Virus record (IMG/VR): IMGVR_UViG_3300018494_000083
Reading direction: 5' to 3' (one strand)
Source: a virus
Taxonomy: Duplodnaviria > Caudoviricetes
Length of the DNA: 64,000 bases
In this document: positions 29,180-38,410 of the stretch, one piece after another
Layout of the letters: every line of letters starts with the position of its first letter
Position numbering within the stretch: the stretch's first letter is position 1
Notes under the pieces: model-generated
Told to the model about the DNA's origin: nothing
Databases searched by the model: none
What the model saw: the letters and a program-made list of their open reading frames with translations, nothing else
Made by a program: the position numbers and the translations under genes

Positions 29180-30427
29180 ATGCGTATAATGGATGTACAA
29201 GAATTTAAATCTGACCAATACTCTGCCTATAAAGAACGAAGAACATCTCAATTTACAAGGTTTCTTGACAAGACAGTAGACTTTGTAACCTACTACTCTA
29301 TCAATAAGGCTATATCCACTGGATCTATTAATAATCAAGATGTGGACAGCTATATTGGTGCTGATAGTCCTGTGAGATACAATAAGATCAACAATATGCC
29401 GGTTTATGGTTTCCCGATTATCGGCGACCAGAATGGCTACGATGAAGAAAATGCGGGTTTTTCTGCATTAGACTTCGAGGGTGAGATCATTGTACTTCAG
29501 GACATTATTGAGCCTGTAGAGGGTGACTGCTTCATTCTTAATATTTTTAGTGAAAGATATTTCTTCCGAGTAACGGAAGTAAAGCAAATTGTATTGCGTT
29601 CGAAGCCTCACTATAATGTAAGCTTCATGGTCGGACATCCTGACTATCTTGATCAACTTAATAAACAGGTTGTTGAAGAGTATAATGCTATCTTTGATAA
29701 CATTGGAACGCAAGATAGAGTAATCATCTCTGCAAATGAATATGATCTCAGAAAGCAGTTTGAGAAGATCTATAAAGAGATCTCGGATTACTATATTGCA
29801 CGATTCTTCGATCCCAAGATTACGATGTTTGAACTTTCGCTACCCATGAGTATCCGAAATTCTCTCACTAAATACACTGATAAGTTTCTTATTCGATTCA
29901 TGGAAAGTAATCGAATTATTACATTCGACAGTCTCTTGAAGACGTCGTTTGTATTGGATTACAATAGTCTTGGTGATACCAATGACTTTATCGAATATAA
30001 GAAATCTATCTTCTGGGCAATAGAGAACAAAACTATGTCAAAATTCATCCCTGCTAGGTTTGTCGAAGCAAAGAAAATCGTTTCCCCGTTTACTCTTCTT
30101 AAGGGTCAAACTGACGAGGAATGCTTTGTAGCTGACAAGTACTGCGTGGATGAGCCTACGGATAATGCTTTCTTCTTTGAGTATGACTATTCTGCCATTC
30201 TCCAGAGATGGAATGCAGGTGATACTTATGAGGCTGCAAATAATCCGTATGATAAGGCTCTCACTATTATCGTTAAGTATATGAAAGGTATCATGATGAT
30301 GCCTGGTTATTTTGCTGATATGATTGGTGAGATGAATCCCGTTCAAGAATACACAATGTTACCCATTATGCTCTTTATCATCAGAGAGCAGATTAAGGGT
30401 CTCATGACAACCAAAATTTCGATTTAA
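29180..30427 (+). CDS. Putative virion (neck/head-tail) protein
   Basis: 415-aa ORF after a late motif; IEPVEGDCF...FRVTEV beta-barrel-like segment. Confidence 0.6.
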   Translation: MRIMDVQEFKSDQYSAYKERRTSQFTRFLDKTVDFVTYYSINKAISTGSINNQDVDSYIGADSPVRYNKINNMPVYGFPIIGDQNGYDEENAGFSALDFEGEIIVLQDIIEPVEGDCFILNIFSERYFFRVTEVKQIVLRSKPHYNVSFMVGHPDYLDQLNKQVVEEYNAIFDNIGTQDRVIISANEYDLRKQFEKIYKEISDYYIARFFDPKITMFELSLPMSIRNSLTKYTDKFLIRFMESNRIITFDSLLKTSFVLDYNSLGDTNDFIEYKKSIFWAIENKTMSKFIPARFVEAKKIVSPFTLLKGQTDEECFVADKYCVDEPTDNAFFFEYDYSAILQRWNAGDTYEAANNPYDKALTIIVKYMKGIMMMPGYFADMIGEMNPVQEYTMLPIMLFIIREQIKGLMTTKISI

Positions 30428-30441
30428 GGAGGCATACTATT

Positions 30442-31083
30442 ATGCTGAATTCTTTTGTAAAGGAACTTGCCTCTATCGATTCTAAGGAAACGAACGATAA
30501 GCTCATCCTTGAGTCGATCACTGATGGCACTGTTGCCGATGTAAAACCTGACGATGCTGCTCCCGAGGTATGCCCCGAATTCGAGAAAGCACTTGCTGAT
30601 CTTGAGATTCCCGAGGATGCTCCCCAGGAGACTAAGGATGACTATATCCTTAATCGTCTTGACCAAGTATTTGGTAATACCGATGAGAAGCCTGAACCCG
30701 TTCCTACTGTAGCTCCCACTGAGGTGGTTACTGAGGCTACGAAGGGTAAGACTCTCTCCATGTCCGAAAAGGACTATAATGCAATGAAGTCTATGCTTGC
30801 TGCTTATGGCTCTGCTACTCCCGAAGAGCAGAGTGCTACGGAAGACAAGGTAAGACTCTTCATCGTTTATATCCTTAAGGGTCTTGAAAATGCAAGTCTT
30901 GAGAATCCTGTAGACGATCGTATACAGGGTACTATCAATCATATGTATAAGGTTTTCGTAAAAGAAAAGTTTGAATACAATAAGGATTGGGATGCTAAGC
31001 AGGCTATTTCTGCTAAGCTCAAGGCTATTGGAAAAGCACTTCCCAAGCATTACCCAACTGTAATTGTTGACGTAAAGAAATAA
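30442..31083 (+). CDS. Hypothetical virion protein
   Basis: AGGAGG SD; ILES/VTEA motifs resembling protease sites. Confidence 0.7.
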   Translation: MLNSFVKELASIDSKETNDKLILESITDGTVADVKPDDAAPEVCPEFEKALADLEIPEDAPQETKDDYILNRLDQVFGNTDEKPEPVPTVAPTEVVTEATKGKTLSMSEKDYNAMKSMLAAYGSATPEEQSATEDKVRLFIVYILKGLENASLENPVDDRIQGTINHMYKVFVKEKFEYNKDWDAKQAISAKLKAIGKALPKHYPTVIVDVKK

Positions 31084-31102
31084 TCACACGGAGGATAAAC
31101 AT

Positions 31103-31699
31103 ATGTTTAAAATTGTATCTATCAGAGACGTTGGAGCAAAGGTAGAGATTATTGGTAGAGGCGTAATCAGAACCCCTATCAACAAGATCCTGCTTACCGA
31201 TGAACAGATCTACCGTCTTCTGAACACCCATATGGGTCCCAAGCAGGTATTCCTGATTAATCCTGCAAATGAGAATCAGTCCGTTCGTCTTACTCTTGCA
31301 AACTGCACTACTCCTGTTGAGGAGATCTTCGGAGCTCCTAAGGCAGAGGTTGCTGTTGAGCCTGAGACGACTGAGACTTATACCCTCGACGATGTAACTG
31401 AACCTGAGACAGCAGATGAGCCTGTGGCAGTAGTCGCAGAAGACCCTCAGACTGATGCCGAGGTTGCAGATACTGACGTCGCTACCGAGCCTGAGGCTCC
31501 CGTAGTTGAAGAAGAAGAGGATGTAACCGCTGATCCTGATGACGTCTTCGTTACCGGTACCGTAGTTGGTGAAGTTGACGAGACTGTTGCAGATGAGACC
31601 GTTACTACTGTAGCTGAGACTGCAGAGGACACTGAGCCCGCTCAGAAGCCTGCCTACTACAAGAACAACTACAAGAAGAATAACTATAAGAAAAACTAA
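31103..31699 (+). CDS. Acidic low-complexity protein
   Basis: GGAGG SD; E/D/V/T-rich body and YKNNYKKNNYKKN tail. Confidence 0.75.
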   Translation: MFKIVSIRDVGAKVEIIGRGVIRTPINKILLTDEQIYRLLNTHMGPKQVFLINPANENQSVRLTLANCTTPVEEIFGAPKAEVAVEPETTETYTLDDVTEPETADEPVAVVAEDPQTDAEVADTDVATEPEAPVVEEEEDVTADPDDVFVTGTVVGEVDETVADETVTTVAETAEDTEPAQKPAYYKNNYKKNNYKKN

Positions 31700-31743
31700 A
31701 AAATATAGAGAGTATAGCCACATCGGCTATACTCTCTATTTGT

Positions 31744-32223
31744 TTATTCTAAAGTCAATCCACTTCCAAGGATATCAGATGCAATACTAGGTAAAGCACC
31801 CGAACCATCAAAAGAAGTCGGATCTAATGCAATATCTTCATTCGTGTCATCGAAATTAAGTGACGGAATAAGAGGGGTAGGAGAAGGAGCCCGAGGATTA
31901 TCAGGATCCTCAAACATTTCAGTTTGCACATCAGAAGAAAGATACTTTTCTCTGAGCTCTTCAATAGACATCTCTTTGATATCTTTCTCATACTCAGCTT
32001 CTTTCTCAGGATCTTCAAAGCATCCAGTCTTCTCTCTCATTTCGAGATCAAGATCAGACATACTACTTTCGTAGAGACGGTCACTTTCATAATCTCTCAT
32101 AATCGATTCACACATGATGTCGATATCGTCATTAGACATAAATTCATTGCATTTACGCTTTTCCATATCGATCACATCCTTAATAATCACGATGGATAGT
32201 TTCCATATACTTATAGAAACCAC
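31744..32223 (-). CDS. Acidic hypothetical protein
   Basis: ORF; likely start MEKRK. Confidence 0.65.
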   Translation of the reverse strand: MVSISIWKLSIVIIKDVIDMEKRKCNEFMSNDDIDIMCESIMRDYESDRLYESSMSDLDLEMREKTGCFEDPEKEAEYEKDIKEMSIEELREKYLSSDVQTEMFEDPDNPRAPSPTPLIPSLNFDDTNEDIALDPTSFDGSGALPSIASDILGSGLTLE

Positions 32224-33793
32224 TATCGTAAAGAAGTTTATATTTTGTGAGACTTAATACATCTCGAGGTTCACCAGGCTTACCAAAGTAAACGTCAATG
32301 TGATTATCATTTCTCAAATTGTACAAAGTATGATACAGATGTAAGTGACCATGCACGTTAATCTTATCTCCAGCCACAAACTCAGGATAATGTGAGAAGA
32401 GATACTTTGCTGTGTCAATTCTATCTGTTACATAATAGTAACCAAGATCATAATAATCTTTGACTGACAGGTGATCATTATTGCCGAGTACCAATACAAC
32501 CTTCTTGCAATTTAATCCATTGAGAAGTTTAGTTGTATAAGTCTTGACAAAAGTGGTATCTTTCGAAGTAACGATATCACCAAGCAGAAGCACAAGGGAA
32601 TCTGGCGTAGTGACTGCGTTAATTCTATCGATAGCATCCTGAAGTCTTTCATCTGTGGTCATATTGAGATTCTTTCTGCCAATATGAATGTCACTTGCAA
32701 GATGAACAAGTTGAGGATGCATTTCAATCATATTTATGATATGCTTCAAGTTAGCGGTATGACCAGGAGCTTCATTAGGAAGAAGCTTTACTAACTCAAT
32801 ATTATTGATAACTGTTTTTCTTTGCTTTCCAAGAGGAAGTGCTTCAACTGCTTCATTAAGAGATTCTCTATACTTCTTGATCTGGCTATCGAGATTTTCG
32901 AAGTAGAACGAAGGCATATCATCAGCAGCAAGGTGTTGAGCCTTAAGTGCTTCAAGTTCGTTGATCTTCTCTTGGATAGACTCTTTTCGGATTTTAGCCG
33001 ATTCATTGATAACAATCGTCGGATCTGGCTTTTTATTGATATTTCCTTCCTCTTCATCGGTGGAAGTTATATTATTAAGCCTTATTTTCGACAATACTGC
33101 AACTAATTGCATCATATTCTTATGTGTAATCTTCACATAATTGAATACTTTCTGGTTCTTCATGAGAAGATCCTTGGCTTCCTCACGCTCTCTGTTCTCT
33201 CTGAATCCAGGGTGAGTATTCTCGTCCTTTCCATCCTTAACCTCAATAATGAGATTAAATTCAGTGAGATAGATATCGGTGATCCAATGTTTCTTCTCTC
33301 CTTTGAATTCATACTCGAGAATCGGTCCAGGCATTTGAACAGTGTCAGGATCAATATCGAATACTTTATCCAACCACTCAATAGCAAACTTCTCATAAGA
33401 TCCAGTGTAGGTAAACTTATGCTTACCATCAGACCAGAGATAAGTACCACTGATTGATCTATTTGCGAGCATCTTTTCCTGATGCTTGGGATCGGATAAA
33501 AGATTTGTCTTGCCGTAGACACGCATCATTCGCTCTTCGGCAATCTTTTTATTTTTTTCTTTACAAGCCTTGGAACCACAGATCTGATAGGGCTTACCTG
33601 CCTTCTCATTCCATGGCGTCAAGTTATGACAATATCTACAAATACCGCTGACTCTTCCATTATGGTTCAGACTATACACGAACTGTGCAGTCGACATATT
33701 ATTCGGAAGATCCTCCTTATGTACAGACTCGACATGAATAAGGATATCAGCTTTCTTAGAGAATGTCTTATGACAAATAGGACATCTAGCCAT
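32180..33793 (-). CDS. Fusion: C2H2/Zn finger, TnsA-like PD-(D/E)XK nuclease, calcineurin-like phosphoesterase
   Basis: CPICH...HVESVH; GSYE...WITDIY...IIEVKD; SDIHIG, LLGD, GNND, HGHLH. Confidence 0.7.
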   Translation of the reverse strand: MARCPICHKTFSKKADILIHVESVHKEDLPNNMSTAQFVYSLNHNGRVSGICRYCHNLTPWNEKAGKPYQICGSKACKEKNKKIAEERMMRVYGKTNLLSDPKHQEKMLANRSISGTYLWSDGKHKFTYTGSYEKFAIEWLDKVFDIDPDTVQMPGPILEYEFKGEKKHWITDIYLTEFNLIIEVKDGKDENTHPGFRENREREEAKDLLMKNQKVFNYVKITHKNMMQLVAVLSKIRLNNITSTDEEEGNINKKPDPTIVINESAKIRKESIQEKINELEALKAQHLAADDMPSFYFENLDSQIKKYRESLNEAVEALPLGKQRKTVINNIELVKLLPNEAPGHTANLKHIINMIEMHPQLVHLASDIHIGRKNLNMTTDERLQDAIDRINAVTTPDSLVLLLGDIVTSKDTTFVKTYTTKLLNGLNCKKVVLVLGNNDHLSVKDYYDLGYYYVTDRIDTAKYLFSHYPEFVAGDKINVHGHLHLYHTLYNLRNDNHIDVYFGKPGEPRDVLSLTKYKLLYDSGFYKYMETIHRDY

Positions 33794-33893
33794 GTTTCAT
33801 ATTCTCCTTATTAGTTTCATTAATAGTATGTTTTTCGTTTATTTAAGGCATTATTAATAACTTTTTACCGTTAAAACTATTATATAAAGGAGG

Positions 33894-34310
33894 GTGAGAC
33901 CAATGATTGAAGTAACTTTATCTTCCGATTCATTCAAACAAAATCCGACCTTTGCTGACGAGATTGCGATCCTCAGACAGCTCTATAACTTAATCGTTAT
34001 GAAGCCAGGTACAGACCCTCTTAATCCTGCAAAAGGATGTGACGTTAACTCGGCTTACTATAAGTTCAAATCTGAGATGGATACCATTGTTTTGGAACAG
34101 ACCATCAGAGAACAGATACTTGCTTATACTGATTACAAAATTTCTAATGTAAGCTGTAAGACTCTTAAGAGTGGAGAGAAATGGGTGCTTCATGTATTCC
34201 TTTCTATTATGGGAATGGAGCGAGAGCTTGTTGTAAGTACAAACGGCGAATTCTCTCAGTATACGGTCATAGATTCACTAACACAAGAAATTTTTGATGA
34301 AAATCAATAA
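33894..34310 (+). CDS. Baseplate wedge protein, T4 gp25-like
   Basis: LYNLIVMKPGTDPLNPAKG motif. Confidence 0.6.
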   Translation: MRPMIEVTLSSDSFKQNPTFADEIAILRQLYNLIVMKPGTDPLNPAKGCDVNSAYYKFKSEMDTIVLEQTIREQILAYTDYKISNVSCKTLKSGEKWVLHVFLSIMGMERELVVSTNGEFSQYTVIDSLTQEIFDENQ

Positions 34311-34341
34311 TTTATAAATTTTAAATGGAGGAGACTCTAAT

Positions 34342-35916
34342 ATGGAAAACACGACACAGAATTCAAGATTACAAGAAAGACTCAATAAGGTACGTGAAAA
34401 CGATGTGCCCATGAGTCCGGCAGCTCCCGTAGCATCCAAGGAGGAAATTCTTGCGGTAAGAGCAGAGGTTGCTCCTCAGCCCAAGGTAGATCCTGATATG
34501 GATGTTGATGTAATTGACGGCGGTGAAATCGGAACTATCCGTGTAACCGAAGCTGCTCCTACTGAAGAGACTGGACCTGCAGCGCCTGGTGATGATCTCT
34601 TCGATGGTCTCAAGGACATTGAGGCTGAAAACGCTGCCATGGCAGATGAGCTTGCTGAGAAACAGGAGGCTGTACTTGATGGCAGAGACCCTGGTGGTGA
34701 AGATGATACCACCGAAGTTCCTACTGATGATGTCGAGGCTATTCTCAGTCAGATTGAAGATGCTGATGCATATGATGATTCTGACGAGATTCTTAAGAAT
34801 GATAACATCGAGGAACTTCTTGTAGAGATCGAGCGTCAGAAAGTATTTGCGACTGAAGTAAATACTAACTCTGAAGCTACCGGTCCTTCCCAGTATGTCG
34901 TCGAAGTTGACGAGACGTACCAGAACGCAGTAGAAGAAGTAATGGATGTTAACAGCATCAGAATCACAAAGCCTACCAACACTGGTCGTAATGCTCTTCT
35001 CGAGAGATATACCAATGTGGGTAATAGCGTAGCTATTCCTCTTCCCAACTCTGGCATCTTTGTACAGATCACCGGTGCTGGTGTAGATGAGCTTATCGCT
35101 ATGTCCAGAATTAACACTGAAAATCCTATGGCTGATGAGCTCAACAAACTCAAGTTTGTTTGTGACCATATCATCAATTCGAGTATCGGTCCTATGAAGC
35201 TTCAGCAGCTTATCAAGGTTGTATCTTACTACGACCTCTATACTCTTTACTACGGACTTCTCGCAGCTACTCATCCCGATCATATCGAGATTTCGAGAAT
35301 TTGTCCTGTTTGTGAAGAGACCTATTATGTTGACATGAGAACGAGAGACCTTCTTCTCAATGCAACAGACTTCCAGAGATCTGAAGCTGATATCCGTGAT
35401 AATGTAACTACTTATAAGAGACTCATCGAATCCGCACAGCTCAGTAAGGTTTATAAGAAGTTCCACTCCAATGGTAACATGCTTATTCACTACAAGCATC
35501 CTTCGATCGAGGCTTGGTTGCAGACCTATCACATGCTCAGACCTGAAGTTCTTCACCGTTACGAAGATCTTGTTAACTTTGCATTCTGCATTGACAAGAT
35601 TGCCCTTCGTGATAAGAAGACCAACATGTTCGTTGAGTATAAGGATCCCAATGAGATCGTTCTCATTATCTCCAGACTCAAGGACATCAATGATAAATAT
35701 GAAATCGCCGACATGGTAGATGAAGTAAGACCTTCTTACATTCCTACCTATGGTTACCAGAAGTGTACATGCCCTCACTGTGCAAGCAAGAATGATACCG
35801 AGAATATCAATGTTCCCAGCTTGCTTTTTACGTTAGCCCGAGACGAGGACTGGATGGCGATGATGAGACGGGCAGCAGTAATCCAGAAGAGGAAAGCGTC
35901 CGAGAAGAAAGGATAA
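34342..35916 (+). CDS. Baseplate hub/tail assembly protein (T4 gp26-like C-terminus, acidic N-terminus)
   Basis: Two CxxC motifs (CPVC, CPHC) followed by ...SLLF. Confidence 0.55.
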   Translation: MENTTQNSRLQERLNKVRENDVPMSPAAPVASKEEILAVRAEVAPQPKVDPDMDVDVIDGGEIGTIRVTEAAPTEETGPAAPGDDLFDGLKDIEAENAAMADELAEKQEAVLDGRDPGGEDDTTEVPTDDVEAILSQIEDADAYDDSDEILKNDNIEELLVEIERQKVFATEVNTNSEATGPSQYVVEVDETYQNAVEEVMDVNSIRITKPTNTGRNALLERYTNVGNSVAIPLPNSGIFVQITGAGVDELIAMSRINTENPMADELNKLKFVCDHIINSSIGPMKLQQLIKVVSYYDLYTLYYGLLAATHPDHIEISRICPVCEETYYVDMRTRDLLLNATDFQRSEADIRDNVTTYKRLIESAQLSKVYKKFHSNGNMLIHYKHPSIEAWLQTYHMLRPEVLHRYEDLVNFAFCIDKIALRDKKTNMFVEYKDPNEIVLIISRLKDINDKYEIADMVDEVRPSYIPTYGYQKCTCPHCASKNDTENINVPSLLFTLARDEDWMAMMRRAAVIQKRKASEKKG

Positions 35917-36115
35917 AGTCTTATCGGCAGCTTTTAGATATGGCATATGAACTTTTTGATGGAAAATATTCGATCCATGATTTAGGTGCTATGCCTTATC
36001 ACGAGCTTATCGAAAATATCGAACGAGAACAGAAGTTCCAAAATGAATTTGGTTCTCGCAGAGATAAGAGAGAAGCTAAAGAAATCGAAGAGAACTTATA
36101 AAGGAATGTACAGCT

Positions 36116-36478
36116 ATGAATGTAGAAAAGCCAAAAGACAGAATTGATCTGTTGAAACAGCTGTGCTTCATCGGTGGAGATGAGGCAGTAAATGTATTCA
36201 GTTCCTACATTCCGGATCACTATAATGAGATATACACTCTTTATGGTCTTTTAGAATCATTGAAGATTGATTACAATAATATCAGATTCATGAAACCGAA
36301 GGACCATAAGGAGAGTTTCGTTTTCTTATGTGAATTCAATATTCCATCCGATAAAGAGAAAATAACTGCCTATTTGGCAGACCATGCAAACAAAATACAG
36401 TTCATGCGAAAGAATCCCTACTTGGTGTTTATCAAGGACCAGAACGATTGCACGAACATTAAATTCAAGCATCTTTAA
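36116..36478 (+). CDS. Hypothetical protein
   Basis: 120-aa ORF with AAGGA SD. Confidence 0.7.
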   Translation: MNVEKPKDRIDLLKQLCFIGGDEAVNVFSSYIPDHYNEIYTLYGLLESLKIDYNNIRFMKPKDHKESFVFLCEFNIPSDKEKITAYLADHANKIQFMRKNPYLVFIKDQNDCTNIKFKHL

Positions 36479-36492
36479 AGGAGGGATTAGCG

Positions 36493-38061
36493 ATGTATTT
36501 ACGAATGCTACAAATAGATGATTTCGTGAAGCTGAATAATCTTCGTGAGATCAAGGATCCTATTTACATGCAATTTAAACAACCAACTCCAGAAGGGTTG
36601 TTCAGTCATGAGATTTTTGGTATAACCCAGTATGATAGATCTACTATTTGGGGCTATATCGACCTCGGTGCTAGATTCTTGCATCCTCTTGCGGCGAATA
36701 ACTTTAAGAAATATGGATCGACCTTTGAAAATATCATCTATGGTCTTAAACGCTATAGAATGGTCGATGGTGAGTTTATCGAAGATGAAGAAAATGGTGA
36801 CACCGGAATTGATTTTCTTTACGAAAATTACGATAATATAAAATGGAGAGATACACCGAGTATTGGATCAAGCGAAAGGATTAAATTCCTTAAGCAAGGT
36901 AAAGATAGAATCTTTATCACCAAATTCCCAGTATGCCCTCCGTTCTATCGTGATATCAATGACAACTCTTCCACAGGTATCCCTGTTGTAAATGAGTTGT
37001 ATAAAAAGGTTATCTCTCAATGTATGGCACTTAAGAAGAAAGGATCGTTCTCTTTCTTTGGAAACCTTACAAGAGCTAACATCCAAAAAACACTTGTTGA
37101 AATCTTTGACCATTATGTCACTTCCCTTAAAGGTAAGACTGGTTTAATGCGTAGATCTGTAATGGGTCGTAATATTGACTACGGTGTATGGTGCGTTCTT
37201 GCATCTCCTGTAATTGACTGTGAAAGATATGATGAAATGCTGGTTGACTTTGACCACATGGGAATCCCTCTTGCAGCAGTCCTCGCAATGTTTAAACCCT
37301 TTATCTTACAGGCAACCAAAGATTTCTTTGCAAACGAATTTGTGAGATCGGGTAAATACCCCGTCTTGAAGATGACCGGTAAAGGAAAGTACGAAACTGT
37401 ACTGGTAGACTTTATCGATCCTCTGAGTGAATTCTCTGATGATTTTATCGACAAAAGAATTGCAAACTTTGTCAATGGCTATTCTACCAGATTTGAGCCA
37501 ATTGAGATTCCTAGTAACCGTGAAGGTATTAAGGGATACTTGTCTATATCTGGTCGTTTTGGTAGTGATGAAAAGATCTCTACTCGTCCTATGACTTGGA
37601 CTGATCTGTTCTTCATCGTTGCCGAAGAATGTACACAAGACAAGAGTGCAATCTGGAGTCGTTATCCTATAGATCATTTCTATTCTGTTGAATATCCTAA
37701 GGTTAGAGTAATGTCAACCATTACTACTACAACCGCAACTATCGATAATAAAACCTACAAGTGGTATCCGAATGTCAAAGTTGGTCAAGATTCCTCTTCT
37801 GACTTTGTGGCAACGATTGCACCATGTAACGTTAATATCGGAGCTTTAGGCGCGGACTACGATGGAGATAGTACTCCGCTCAGAGGAATATTCACAGCAG
37901 AAGGAAATATCGAAGCTGAGAAGTTCAGAAGAGATAAAAAGAATTTCTTGGATCTCCAAGGAAGAAATATCAGACCTACAGAGAAAGACTTCTGTCAGTT
38001 AATGTATTCTTTGACTAAGCCTAGCATTGTTATGCCTGGTGAACTTGAAGATCCTAACTAA
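36493..38061 (+). CDS. Phage multisubunit RNA polymerase beta'-like subunit (catalytic fragment)
   Basis: PEGLFSHEIFG, WGYIDL, KGKTGLMRRSVMGRNIDY, RYP, GADYDGD catalytic motif. Confidence 0.9.
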   Translation: MYLRMLQIDDFVKLNNLREIKDPIYMQFKQPTPEGLFSHEIFGITQYDRSTIWGYIDLGARFLHPLAANNFKKYGSTFENIIYGLKRYRMVDGEFIEDEENGDTGIDFLYENYDNIKWRDTPSIGSSERIKFLKQGKDRIFITKFPVCPPFYRDINDNSSTGIPVVNELYKKVISQCMALKKKGSFSFFGNLTRANIQKTLVEIFDHYVTSLKGKTGLMRRSVMGRNIDYGVWCVLASPVIDCERYDEMLVDFDHMGIPLAAVLAMFKPFILQATKDFFANEFVRSGKYPVLKMTGKGKYETVLVDFIDPLSEFSDDFIDKRIANFVNGYSTRFEPIEIPSNREGIKGYLSISGRFGSDEKISTRPMTWTDLFFIVAEECTQDKSAIWSRYPIDHFYSVEYPKVRVMSTITTTTATIDNKTYKWYPNVKVGQDSSSDFVATIAPCNVNIGALGADYDGDSTPLRGIFTAEGNIEAEKFRRDKKNFLDLQGRNIRPTEKDFCQLMYSLTKPSIVMPGELEDPN

Positions 38062-38365
38062 CGACGAAAAAGAGGTAGTAGGAAAACCTACTACCTCTTT
38101 GATGAAGAAAAAGAACAACCGAGAAATAATATAACAGCTATTGTGATAACTCTGACATTTTATGTTTGTAAATGCTACACGCATTAGTGTTTCAGTTCAA
38201 GCAATAACCACCATATTACTTATGGTTATTTTAATGTTGTTCCTAAATTAAACAAGATTCTTCAACTCATAAAAATATATACATACCGAACAATATAATG
38301 TGATGCTTCTCATGCTGTCACATGCTGTTTGTTTTCGGCATTTTTGGACTCCTTATTTTGTAAAA

Positions 38366-38400
38366 GGGCATATCCTCCGCAGGGATATGCCCGCTTTTTT
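38366..38400 (+). terminator. Terminator-like hairpin preceding array 2
   Basis: GGGCATATCC-N7-GGATATGCCC followed by GCTTTTTT. Confidence 0.8.
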
Positions 38401-38410
38401 CGTCCTCTGC

